Shown one piece after another: positions 28,309-36,976 of a stretch of 64,000 bases of DNA. The position numbers and the translations under genes were made by a program. The stretch is taken from contig CAVUMU010000002.1 in the NCBI GenBank assembly GCA_963742755.1, forward strand, positions 108,987 to 172,986, read 5' to 3'. Position 1 is the first letter of the stretch. The number at the start of each line of letters is the position of its first letter. Source of the stretch: an uncultured Gemmatimonadales bacterium. GTDB lineage: Bacteria; Gemmatimonadota; Gemmatimonadetes; Gemmatimonadales; GWC2-71-9. The notes below the pieces were generated by a model. It searched no databases and was not told where the DNA came from. It was given only the letters and a program-made list of their open reading frames with translations.

Positions 28309-28418
28309 GAGTCTAGGGTCGAGGGTCTGGAGTCTACGCTCAAACCTGCGGATTGCATACATTGCGACTCTTGAATCCTGGCTCTACACCTCGACTCTAG
28401 ACGCTAGACTCTGGACCA
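28309..28418. repeat. Heptamer-array inverted repeat, GAGTCTA/GGGTCTR family (arms 28309-28336 and 28384-28418, 47-nt spacer)
   Basis: Left arm GAGTCTA GGGTCGA GGGTCTG GAGTCTA. Right arm CTACACC TCGACTC TAGACGC TAGACTC TGGACCA. Lies in the divergent LOG/AKR gap. Confidence 0.9.
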
Positions 28419-28437
28419 GAATATACGGAGATCGCAG

Positions 28438-29424
28438 ATGCAAAGGCGTACGCTGGGCCGTGAAGGGTTGACGGTCACGCCCCTGGGTCTCGGTTGCATG
28501 GGAATGTCGGAATTCTATACCGGCCGGGACGACGAGGAGTCGATCGCGACCATCCAGCGGGCGCTCGACCTCGACGTCGACTTCCTCGATACCGCGGACA
28601 TGTACGGCCCCTTCAGCAACGAGCGCCTGGTAGGCCGGGCCATTCGGGGGCGCCGGGACCGGGTGGTGCTCGCCACAAAGTTCGGGAACCAGCGGGGCGA
28701 GGACGGCAGCTTCCTCGGGGTGAACGGGCGGCCGGACTACGTGCGCAAGTCCTGCGACGGGTCGCTGCAGCGCCTTGGGGTGGACCACATCGATCTATAC
28801 TATCAGCACCGGGTGGACCGCACCGTCCCGATAGAGGAGACGGTCGGCGCCATGGCCGATCTCGTGCGGGCCGGGAAAGTTCGCTACCTCGGGCTTTCCG
28901 AGGCCGCTCCCGGCACCATTCGCCGGGCCAACCAGGAGTACCCTATCAGCGCGCTTCAGACCGAGTACTCCCTGTGGACCCGCGATCCCGAGGACGATGT
29001 CCTGCCGCTCTGCCGAGAGCTCGGTATCGGGTTCGTGGCCTACAGCCCGCTGGGGCGCGGCTTTCTCACTGGACGGTTCCGCACCTTCGAGGACCTTCCG
29101 GAAGGGGACTACCGGCGCAACTCGCCCCGCTTTCAGGGCGAGAACTTTCAGAAGAACCTCGATCTGGTAGACCGGGTGGAGGAGATCGCCAGGCGGAAGC
29201 ACTGCACTCCGGCACAACTCGCCCTGGCGTGGCTGCTGGCTCAGGGGGACGACATCGTCCCCATCCCGGGCACCAAGCAGCGGCGGTATCTGGAGGAAAA
29301 CCTTCGGTCCCTCGAGGTCGGGCTGTCGCCGGCCGACCTGGAGGAGATCGAGGAAGTGGCACCGAAGGGGGCGGCTGCCGGCGACCGCTACCACGAAGCT
29401 GGAATGAAGACCATCAACGGATGA
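28438..29424 (+). CDS. Aldo/keto reductase
   Basis: 328 aa. [32 protein letters not shown] and [13 protein letters not shown] motifs. Confidence 0.9.
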   Translation: MQRRTLGREGLTVTPLGLGCMGMSEFYTGRDDEESIATIQRALDLDVDFLDTADMYGPFSNERLVGRAIRGRRDRVVLATKFGNQRGEDGSFLGVNGRPDYVRKSCDGSLQRLGVDHIDLYYQHRVDRTVPIEETVGAMADLVRAGKVRYLGLSEAAPGTIRRANQEYPISALQTEYSLWTRDPEDDVLPLCRELGIGFVAYSPLGRGFLTGRFRTFEDLPEGDYRRNSPRFQGENFQKNLDLVDRVEEIARRKHCTPAQLALAWLLAQGDDIVPIPGTKQRRYLEENLRSLEVGLSPADLEEIEEVAPKGAAAGDRYHEAGMKTING

Positions 29425-29436
29425 CCGGCTCGGTGT

Positions 29437-29883
29437 CTAACCTGGGAGGTCACTCCTCGGCTCGGAGATGGCCTCCACGATGCGGCCAACTTCCCGGTCG
29501 CTCGCGGCACCGTCCTCCCGGGCAATGTCCGCCTGCGCGACGATCCCCACGAGCAGGCCATCGACATCGACGACCGGAACCCGGCGCACCTGTTGCTCGA
29601 TCATAACCTGCCGCACATCCTCGATTTCGTCTTCCGGCATGGAAGTGATGGGATCGTTGGTCATGAGGGCACGGACCGGCGCGTCGGGCCCCAGTCCGGC
29701 TGCCAGGCCTCGGATGGCCAGATCGCGGTCGGTCACCGTTCCCACCAGACGATTGGTGGCGGTGTTCTCGACCACCGGGATGGAGCCGCAGTCGTTGTCG
29801 CGCATGAGGATTGCCACCTCTCGGGCGGTTCGCTCCGGTGTACAGCTGACCGGGTTCGGGGTCATGATCTGCTTTACTCTCAC
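29437..29883 (-). CDS. CBS-domain pair protein
   Basis: GTG 29883, preceded by GGAGGA at 5-nt spacing. 148 aa, with two CBS repeats (VKQIMTPNPVSC..., ALMTNDPITS...). Confidence 0.8.
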   Translation of the reverse strand: MRVKQIMTPNPVSCTPERTAREVAILMRDNDCGSIPVVENTATNRLVGTVTDRDLAIRGLAAGLGPDAPVRALMTNDPITSMPEDEIEDVRQVMIEQQVRRVPVVDVDGLLVGIVAQADIAREDGAASDREVGRIVEAISEPRSDLPG

Positions 29884-30023
29884 TGTGTCCTCCCGATTGT
29901 AAGATCCCCCCAATTTGGTGTGCTGCTGCACCCGCGCGGTGACCTGCGTAACTTTGGGGCGCCATCAGTTACCTGGTGAGCCGAGGCGCCGGCTTCCCGT
30001 GGGTCTTGGAGGAGTGAGTCTGG

Positions 30024-30506
30024 ATGAGCCTTCCCGGCGAGGTCCTTCAGGGCATTCTGGCGCGCGGGGCGTTGGTGCTCTTGCGGGTGTACCTGGGGGT
30101 GATCTTCCTCGTCGCCACACTGCCGAAGCTACAGCACGATTTCACGCCTCATCTCATAGGATTCGTCCAGCAGGTCGGACTGGAAAGAGGCCATCCCTTC
30201 TACCAGCAGTTCCTCGAGCGGGTGGTACTGCCCAACGCCGCGTTTTTCGCGGCTCTGGTCACCGGTTCCGAGCTGTTCGTCGGGGTGACCCTCATCCTGG
30301 GCCTGATGACCCGAGTCTCTGCGTCGGTGGCGCTGACCCTCGCCCTGAATTACATGTTCGCCAAAGGGGCATGGTTCTGGACCCCATCCAGCAACGACGC
30401 GGCCTTGGTCGCCATTGCCCTGGCCCTGCTCATAGGGGCGGCGGGGCGAACGCTGGGACTGGACTCCTTCCTGGCCCGCCGGTGGCCGCGGTCGCCGCTC
30501 TGGTAA
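30024..30506 (+). CDS. DoxX-family membrane protein
   Basis: 160 aa with four hydrophobic helices. LRVYLGVIFLVATLPKL is a typical DoxX N-terminus. Confidence 0.7.
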   Translation: MSLPGEVLQGILARGALVLLRVYLGVIFLVATLPKLQHDFTPHLIGFVQQVGLERGHPFYQQFLERVVLPNAAFFAALVTGSELFVGVTLILGLMTRVSASVALTLALNYMFAKGAWFWTPSSNDAALVAIALALLIGAAGRTLGLDSFLARRWPRSPLW

Positions 30507-30603
30507 GTGAGAAGTAAGAAGTAAGAAGTGAGAAGTGAGAAGTGAGAAGGGTGGCTGGGGGGCCCTCTCACTGCTCACCTCTCACTTCTCACTTCTCACT
30601 TCC
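30507..30603. terminator. Heptamer-array hairpin (GTGAGAA family) filling the whole convergent gap; probable bidirectional terminator
   Basis: Six units GTGAGAA/GTAAGAA (30507-30548), loop GGGTGGCTGGGGGGCCC, and five units TTCTCAC-type (30566-30599). By hand pairing, about 33 Watson-Crick pairs over about 38 positions. Confidence 0.7.
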
Positions 30604-30604
30604 G

Positions 30605-32773
30605 CTACGCAACCCCGAGCACATCCAGCATAAACGCATACTTGAACGCGATCTCACGCAGAAAATCGAAACGCCCGGACGCTCCGCCGTGCCCCGCTCC
30701 CATGTTAGTTCGCAGGAGGAGCCGGGCGCCGTTAGTCTTGGTGGCGCGCAACTTCGCGGTCCACTTGGCGGGCTCCCAGTAGGCCACGCGCGGGTCGTTG
30801 AGCCCGGCCGTCACCAGCATGTGGGGGTAGTCCTTGGGCTCGATGTTGTCGTACGGGGAGTAGGAGCGGATGTACTCGTAGGCCGTCCGCTCGTTCGGGT
30901 TCCCCCACTCGTCGTACTCGATCACCGTCAGGGGCAGCGTGGCATCGAGCATGGTGTTCACCACGTCGACGAAGGGGACCTCCGCCAGCACGACCCGGAA
31001 CAGGTCGGGCCTCAGATTGGTCACCGCGCCCATCAGCAAGCCACCGGCGCTGCCTCCGTTGATGGCCAGCCGATCGGCGGAGGTGTAACCTGCTCCGACC
31101 AGGTGCTCGGCGCTGGCGATGAAATCGGTGAAGGTGCTGCGCTTGTTCAGCAGCTTGCCCCCTTCATACCACGGCCGTCCCATCTCTTCCCCGCCGCGGA
31201 CGTGGGCAATGGCCACCACGAAGCCGCGATCGAGAAGGCTCAGCGTGTTCGACGAAAACGCGGGGTCATAGCTCAGGCCATACGCTCCGTATCCGTTGAG
31301 CAGGAGTGGCCGCGCCCCATCCAGCTGGAGTGGAGCCCGGTAGACCAGGGAGATCGGCACGCGCTTTCCATCGGCCGCGCTGGCCAACACCCTCTCGCTC
31401 TGGTACAGCGACGGATCGTAGCCGCCCAGCACTTCGGTCTGCTTGCGCACCATCCAGGTTCGCTCCCCCATGTCGTACTCGACGACCGAGCTGGGAGTCA
31501 CCAGGGAGGTATAGGTGAAACGCAGGAGCGTGGTCTCGAACTCCGGATTTTCGTGGGCACGAAAGGTGTACACCGGCTCCGGGAAGCGGACGAGATGCTC
31601 CTCGTTCGACGCCAGTTCGACCACCCGGATCTGGCGCAGTCCTGCTTGACGCTCGTACACCACCAGATGGGACCGAAAGGCGTCCGTTTCGTCCAGCTTG
31701 ACGTCCGGCCGGTAGGGCAGGACCGGCGACCAGTTGGCTTTCGAGGGGCTCGACACTGGAGCCTGGACCAGTCGAAAGTTTGGCGCGGAGTCATTCGTGG
31801 TGATGAAGAAGCGCTCATCGTGGTGCTCTACGCTGTACTCGACACCAGGCTCTCGTGGCTGGACGACCCGAAACTCGCCCTCGGGCTCATCGGCATTCAG
31901 AAAACGGACCTCGGACGTCGAGTGGCTGGTGATGTCGAGAAGCAGATACCGGCGGCTCCGGGTGCGATTGATGTCCAGGAAGAACGACTCATCCGGTTCG
32001 AAGTACGCCAGCGCATCTGTAGTTGGACTGGCCCAGACCGTGTGGCGGTAGAGCCGGGCGGGGCGATGAGCATGATCCAGTAGGGTGTAGAAGAGCGTGC
32101 GGCTGTCGTTAGCCCAGGTGACTCCTGACGTCCTTCCAATGCTCTCCGCCAGCAAGCGTCCGGTGGTCAAGTCCTTGATGTAGAGCGTGAACTCCTCGGA
32201 CCCCGAGGTATCGACCGAGTAGGCGAGGAGCCGATGGTCCGGGCTTACCTCGCTGACCCCGATCTTGAAGTAGGCGTGGTCGGCCGCGAGCGGATTCTGG
32301 TCGAGCAGGACTTCCTCCAGAGCCTCCAGACTCCCATGCCTCCGGCAAAAGATGGGGTATTGCCCGCCGGTCTCCGTTCGGGTGTAGTAGAAGTAATCGT
32401 CCACCCGCTCGGGCACCGACAGATCCGTCTCTTTGATCCGCCCCCGCATTTCCTGGTAGAGCTGTTCCTGGAGTCCCTCGGTATGCTTCATGACCTCGCC
32501 GGTGTAGCGATTCTCTGCCTCGAGATAAGCCATGACCGCGGGATCGTTCCGGTCGCGGAGCCAGAAGTAATCATCGATTCTGGTCTCACCATGCAGCGCG
32601 TGGATCCGCGGCTCCACTCGGGCGACCGGCGGAACGAGCTCCTCGGCCACCAGGCGCGGCGGTCGGTCGGTCTCGTATTCGATGGGTGGGGCCGAGGGAC
32701 GATAGGGCGATGCCAGTTTATGGCTGGGATTCGACGACATTGCGGTTTTCTGTCCTTGGCGGCCTGGGTCCAC
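30605..32773 (-). CDS. ptrB: S9A prolyl-oligopeptidase-family serine peptidase, oligopeptidase B-like
   Basis: 722 aa. N-terminal beta-propeller region (DDYFWLRDRNDP) and catalytic serine motif INGGSAGGLLMG. The true start may be the internal Met (MSSNPSHK). Confidence 0.85.
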   Translation of the reverse strand: MDPGRQGQKTAMSSNPSHKLASPYRPSAPPIEYETDRPPRLVAEELVPPVARVEPRIHALHGETRIDDYFWLRDRNDPAVMAYLEAENRYTGEVMKHTEGLQEQLYQEMRGRIKETDLSVPERVDDYFYYTRTETGGQYPIFCRRHGSLEALEEVLLDQNPLAADHAYFKIGVSEVSPDHRLLAYSVDTSGSEEFTLYIKDLTTGRLLAESIGRTSGVTWANDSRTLFYTLLDHAHRPARLYRHTVWASPTTDALAYFEPDESFFLDINRTRSRRYLLLDITSHSTSEVRFLNADEPEGEFRVVQPREPGVEYSVEHHDERFFITTNDSAPNFRLVQAPVSSPSKANWSPVLPYRPDVKLDETDAFRSHLVVYERQAGLRQIRVVELASNEEHLVRFPEPVYTFRAHENPEFETTLLRFTYTSLVTPSSVVEYDMGERTWMVRKQTEVLGGYDPSLYQSERVLASAADGKRVPISLVYRAPLQLDGARPLLLNGYGAYGLSYDPAFSSNTLSLLDRGFVVAIAHVRGGEEMGRPWYEGGKLLNKRSTFTDFIASAEHLVGAGYTSADRLAINGGSAGGLLMGAVTNLRPDLFRVVLAEVPFVDVVNTMLDATLPLTVIEYDEWGNPNERTAYEYIRSYSPYDNIEPKDYPHMLVTAGLNDPRVAYWEPAKWTAKLRATKTNGARLLLRTNMGAGHGGASGRFDFLREIAFKYAFMLDVLGVA

Positions 32774-33011
32774 CGGGCAGGTGTTAAACGAGTGGACCCC
32801 AAAGTAGGCCCTGGGGGTGAATTACGATCCCCCGGGCCCCCAAGTCAAGTATGAGTTAAGTGTAAGAGCTACAATCTGTTAGGAAGGCAATTGTAACCGA
32901 GGATAGGCCTCAGATTTCGGGCCAGGCCGACCGAAGCCCGGATCTTGGGTCCCAGTTTGAAGATACAGACCCTGCGTGGTCCGCAACCCTTGCCCGGGAC
33001 GATTTAGGGCT

Positions 33012-33623
33012 CTAGCGGCAACCCCGCATCTCCTTGCGCTCCAAGAAGCTGGGGCTTTTTGCGTCGGCAGCGGGCACCACGACCACGTCCACCGGCTGGG
33101 TCAAAGAGGCAGTAGTCATACAGTTTGGCCCCGGGGTGCGTTCCACAACCTCCACTGTCAGCTGGCCGTCATTCTGAGTTACCCGGTCGATCACGATCTC
33201 GTAGCCTCCGGTCGGGCGTTGGCCTGCAGCCACCGCGATGACCACATCCCGGTTGAAGTCTACCGACGGCCGATCTCCCACTCCCAACTCCGACCAGAAC
33301 TGGGCCCAACCGTTGGCGTCCCGGATAACAAGCCGCCGAGATTCACCGATGCCGGTCCGGGTCCATTGCCCAATTCGGCGGATGTCCAGGGTTCGGTTGT
33401 TCCCGTAGGAGGCATAGCCCTGCTCCGAGGGGGCGGCGGCTACCGATGCGGTATCGGATCCCGGGGCCACGGCAGGGGACGGCTCCTGCGACGGGGTGGG
33501 GGCCAACGCCACCGGGTCCCTGGCGGTGCCATCGCCGCCCTCGGACACGCGGATGGTGCGCCCGGCGCCACAGCCGCTCAGCGCCGCAATCGAGATAACC
33601 AATGCGAAGGTTCGGGGGATCAT
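33012..33623 (-). CDS. Lipoprotein with PrcB-C-terminal-like domain
   Basis: 203 aa. Lipobox IAALSGC. C-terminal segment AGQRPTGGYEIVIDRV...LTVEVVERTPGPNCM resembles the PrcB_C fold family. The family call is tentative. Confidence 0.5.
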   Translation of the reverse strand: MIPRTFALVISIAALSGCGAGRTIRVSEGGDGTARDPVALAPTPSQEPSPAVAPGSDTASVAAAPSEQGYASYGNNRTLDIRRIGQWTRTGIGESRRLVIRDANGWAQFWSELGVGDRPSVDFNRDVVIAVAAGQRPTGGYEIVIDRVTQNDGQLTVEVVERTPGPNCMTTASLTQPVDVVVVPAADAKSPSFLERKEMRGCR

Positions 33624-33718
33624 GGGGGCTCCGTCTTCCGTCGGATGGATGGGATTGTGACTCCGATAAAGCTAAGCGAATCGGCTGCTCGCCGCGGACG
33701 TCGGCATCCCGTTGTCAC

Positions 33719-33734
33719 TGTGATCCAGATCACA
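33719..33734. promoter_or_regulatory. CRP/FNR-type operator: TGTGATCCAGATCACA
   Basis: Perfect 7-bp arms TGTGATC/GATCACA. This is the TGTGA-N6-TCACA geometry and differs at one central base from the classical symmetric CRP consensus TGTGATCTAGATCACA. Located in a 228-nt divergent gap. Confidence 0.5.
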
Positions 33735-33851
33735 CACGGTGATTAGGGTCACAGCCTCCCGACAGGGCGATTGATAGGGTGTAGCCGCTCTACCAACACG
33801 AAGCACGGGCCCAGGTGCAGTTGGGCGTGTTCACTCATACCGAGGGTGCTT

Positions 33852-34604
33852 ATGACGAAGCTCAGAGGACTTTACGCCGGCCTGTTAGCCGGCGGCGCGG
33901 TACTTCTCGCGGGTGCTTGCAAGGACAACCGTGACACTGGTGCAGTGAACACCAAGACGGCGGAGGGCACTTCCAGCGCCCCCGCGGGCGATATGGCGGA
34001 GAACCGGGATATTGCGCTCGTCCGGGTCATCAATGCGATTCCAGCGGGCGGGCCGGTGGCCATCCTGGCGGGCGACAGCGCGGCCTTTTCCGGCGTGGAC
34101 TACAAGACGGCTACCCCGTTTCGGGAAATCCGGGACGATCGGCTCAACTTCAAGCTCGGCTCGGCCGAAAATCCCCTGGCTGAAAACCGGGAGAATCTGA
34201 ATGGCGGCGGCCACTATACGATTGTCGCCATGCCGGACGCGGGCGGAGCCGACAAGCGGAACCTGCGCGTCCTCGATGACGACCTGAAGCCCGTGACGCC
34301 GGAAAAGGCCCGGGTCCGGGTGATCAATGCGGTCCCGGGAGACCTGGAAATCAGCGTCTTTGTCAGAGGCCGGGAAGACGCGCTGTTCGACGGCGTGAAC
34401 TTCAAGAGCGAGGCTGGCTGGGATGAGATCGATCCGGTCGCCGGTACCTTGGAGATCCGTCCAGAAGGCAAGAAGAATGTTCTGGCCAGCCTGCCAAATG
34501 TGAAGTTTGAGGGTGGGAAGAGCTACACCTTCGTGGTGGCCGGCACGCCGGCCAAGCCGGAAATCATTAAGGTCGAGGATGATGTAGCCCAGAGCACGAT
34601 GTAA
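33852..34604 (+). CDS. DUF4397-domain secreted/lipoprotein
   Basis: ATG 33852, 250 aa. Lipoprotein-type signal (LLAGAC). Two repeats of the DUF4397-type pattern (VRVINAIPAGGPVAI..., VRVINAVPGDLEISV...). Confidence 0.7.
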   Translation: MTKLRGLYAGLLAGGAVLLAGACKDNRDTGAVNTKTAEGTSSAPAGDMAENRDIALVRVINAIPAGGPVAILAGDSAAFSGVDYKTATPFREIRDDRLNFKLGSAENPLAENRENLNGGGHYTIVAMPDAGGADKRNLRVLDDDLKPVTPEKARVRVINAVPGDLEISVFVRGREDALFDGVNFKSEAGWDEIDPVAGTLEIRPEGKKNVLASLPNVKFEGGKSYTFVVAGTPAKPEIIKVEDDVAQSTM

Positions 34605-34608
34605 CAAA

Positions 34609-34635
34609 GACGGAGAAGACGGAGAAGGCGGAGGG
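34609..34635 (+). repeat. Purine-rich 9-mer tandem array (GACGGAGAA GACGGAGAA GGCGGAGGG), 5 nt after the stop codon
   Basis: Read directly. Same unit family as 54926-54990 and 57844-57879. Confidence 0.85.
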
Positions 34636-34661
34636 GTCCGGCGCGGCCCCCCCGCTTTTTT
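34633..34661 (+). terminator. Intrinsic terminator (GC stem + T6)
   Basis: GGGGTCCG gcg CGGCCCC stem (one bulge), followed by CCCGCTTTTTT. It overlaps the end of the 9-mer array. Confidence 0.65.
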
Positions 34662-34779
34662 CTGTTCTGGCCCCCGTCCCCACCATCCCTTCTCCCCTCT
34701 TCCCGTCCGCGCTTTCCGGCCGCATCATATGTCGCGTCTTATGGAACCTCCCAGCGCAGTTGTCCTCAAGGAGATCGCG

Positions 34780-35367
34780 ATGAACCTCGTCGAACGCGTC
34801 AAGCGGATCCTGCTGTCACCTCAGAGCGAGTGGGAGGTTATTGCTGCAGAGCCCACTACTACGGCCGACCTGTATACGAAGTACATCGCTCCACTCGCGG
34901 CGATCGGACCGGTCGCGCAATTGATCGGCTTCTCGGTTTTCGGCGTTTCCCTCCCCGGACCCAATTACCGCGTTCCAATCGGAGCCGGTCTCACCTCAGC
35001 GATCGTGAGTTTCGCGTTGGCCCTGGCGGGTACCTACGTGCTGGCCCTGATCATTGATGCCTTGGCCCCCACGTTTAACGGCCAGCGGAGCCAGGCTCAG
35101 GCCTTGAAAGTCGCCGCGTACTCCAGCACCCCCTACTGGCTGGCCGGGATCTTTGCGCTCTTGCCGGGGTTGTGGATTCTTTCGCTACTGGGACTCTACA
35201 GCGTCTACCTGCTGTATCTCGGCCTTCCGGTGCTGATGAAGGCCCCGCGCGACCGGGCGTTGGCCTACACCGGAGTCGTCATCATTGCGGGAATCGTGCT
35301 GGGCATCGTCATCAGCACCATAGCTGGCTTCTTCCTGAGGGTGCCGGGGTACGGCATGACGATGTGA
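34780..35367 (+). CDS. Yip1-domain (DUF1282-like) membrane protein
   Basis: ATG 34780, preceded by AAGGAGA. 195 aa. N-terminus MNLVERVKRILLSPQSEWEVI plus five hydrophobic helices. Confidence 0.7.
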   Translation: MNLVERVKRILLSPQSEWEVIAAEPTTTADLYTKYIAPLAAIGPVAQLIGFSVFGVSLPGPNYRVPIGAGLTSAIVSFALALAGTYVLALIIDALAPTFNGQRSQAQALKVAAYSSTPYWLAGIFALLPGLWILSLLGLYSVYLLYLGLPVLMKAPRDRALAYTGVVIIAGIVLGIVISTIAGFFLRVPGYGMTM

Positions 35368-35470
35368 TCGCGAGTGTCGGGCGGGGACGGGGATCACAGC
35401 CCCGGCGCCCGTCCTGCATAAGATTCCTCCATTGCCCCGTCATGTGGACCCGTGAACCGAGGATCATCCG

Positions 35471-36976
35471 ATGACTCGTCGTTCAGCCCCTAAGCTGTTA
35501 CGCCTGCCCGCTTTTGCGCTCTTTCCTTCGCTCCTGATCGCAGGCCTCGGGGCCGGCCTGGTGGCCGGCCCTCTGGGCTGCGCACGCAACCCGGTCACCG
35601 GCAAGAGTGAGCTGTCTCTGGTCTCCGAGTCCCAGGAGATTCAGATGGGGCAGGAGGGGGCCAAGGAGGTGGCCCGGTCTATCGGCTTTTACGATGACGC
35701 GAAGGTGCAGTCGTACGTTGCGGATATCGGCAAGCGGATGGCGGCCCAATCCGAGCGGCCCAATCTGCCGTGGGAGTTCCACGTGGTGGATGACGCCTCG
35801 GTCAACGCCTTTGCCATCCCAGGCGGCTTCATCTACGTCACCCGTGGGCTGATGGGCTCCATTAACACCGAGGCGGAGCTTGCTACGGTGGTGGGACACG
35901 AGATCGCTCACGTCACCAATCGCCATTCCGTCCAACAGATCAGCAAGGCGCAGCTGGCTCAGCTTGGTCTGGGTATTGGCAGCATTCTCTCCTCCGACAT
36001 CGCCAAGTTCGGGCAGTTGGCGGGCGCAGGGCTCGGCCTGCTGTTCCTCAAGTACGGCCGGGATGCGGAGAACCAGGCCGACGCGGGCGGCTTCCGCTAT
36101 GCGCTGGGTCAGAATTACGACGTGAGAGAAATGCCGAAGGTGTTTCAGACCCTGGATCGGATCAGCGGGACAAGCGGCGGAGGGAGGCTGCCGGAGTGGC
36201 TCGCTACTCACCCGAATCCGGGTAACCGGATCAAGCACATCGAGCAGATGCTCGATACGACGGCGCTGGCTCAAAAGAAACTGATCGTTGACCGGGAGGA
36301 TTACCTCCAGCACGTGCAGGGCATGTCGTTCGGGGAGGATCCGCGCCAGGGCTACTTCGAGGGGAATACCTTCTACCATCCGAAGATGCGGTTTCAGCTG
36401 AAGTTCCCGGATCAGTGGAAGAAGCAGAACATGCCCCAGGCGGTTGTGGCGGTCAGCCCGAGCGAGGATGCCATCATCCAGCTCGCGCTGGCGGGCCAGG
36501 CATCGCCCGAACAGGCCGCGACGCAGTTCCTCTCCCAGGAGGGAGTGCAGGCCGGGAATGCCTCACGGAGCAGCATCAATGGCTTGCCCGCGGCGTCGAG
36601 CTACTTCCAGGCCCAGACCGAGCAGGGCCGGATCGAGGGGCTGGTTTCGTTCATCTCGTACGGTGGGCAGACCTTTGGTCTGATGGGCTACACGCCGGCG
36701 GGGAAGTTGAGCAGCTATGACCAGGTCTTCCAGGGCACTATCCGCAGCTTCACCGAGCTTCGGGACCAGTCGAAGATCAATGTTCAGCCGGCCCGGATCG
36801 AGCTGGTGAAGGTGCCGCGTCAGGTGACTCTAGCTCAGTTCTATTCTCAATACCCCTCATCGATTCCGATCGAGGAGGTGGCGATCATCAACGAGCTGGA
36901 AGGGCCGGACTCCGTGATTCCCGCGGGACGGACGGTAAAGCGGGTGGTGGGGGGACGTCCGGCAGGATCGTCCTGA
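35471..36976 (+). CDS. M48-family zinc metalloprotease (periplasmic/lipoprotein type)
   Basis: 501 aa. Signal/lipobox (GPLGC) and HExxH motif VVGHEIAHVTNRH. Confidence 0.85.
   Translation: MTRRSAPKLLRLPAFALFPSLLIAGLGAGLVAGPLGCARNPVTGKSELSLVSESQEIQMGQEGAKEVARSIGFYDDAKVQSYVADIGKRMAAQSERPNLPWEFHVVDDASVNAFAIPGGFIYVTRGLMGSINTEAELATVVGHEIAHVTNRHSVQQISKAQLAQLGLGIGSILSSDIAKFGQLAGAGLGLLFLKYGRDAENQADAGGFRYALGQNYDVREMPKVFQTLDRISGTSGGGRLPEWLATHPNPGNRIKHIEQMLDTTALAQKKLIVDREDYLQHVQGMSFGEDPRQGYFEGNTFYHPKMRFQLKFPDQWKKQNMPQAVVAVSPSEDAIIQLALAGQASPEQAATQFLSQEGVQAGNASRSSINGLPAASSYFQAQTEQGRIEGLVSFISYGGQTFGLMGYTPAGKLSSYDQVFQGTIRSFTELRDQSKINVQPARIELVKVPRQVTLAQFYSQYPSSIPIEEVAIINELEGPDSVIPAGRTVKRVVGGRPAGSS

Noticed and set aside
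30129-30578. ORFs encoding 'LLTSHFLLLTSHL'-type peptides (30129..30578, 30350..30571, the 5' part of 44446..45204) and 'EDGEGGEGGEDGK' (the 5' part of 56335..57915).
   Set aside because: These are simply translations of the heptamer or 9-mer arrays in intergenic DNA. Proper starts for the real genes lie beyond the arrays.
30507-30603. Considered whether the short tandem arrays (here and at 39521-39604 and 54926-54990) could be CRISPR arrays.
   Set aside because: The period is only 7-9 nt with no spacers, the arrays come as inverted pairs, and no cas genes are present. This is incompatible with CRISPR architecture.
32774-33011. 238-nt lower-GC gap upstream of oligopeptidase B, inspected for ncRNA, tRNA or a mobile-element remnant.
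   Set aside because: No convincing secondary-structure core, repeats or coding potential. It most likely holds the ptrB promoter (a weak TTGACT...TAATTC match on the minus strand), which is too weak to annotate.
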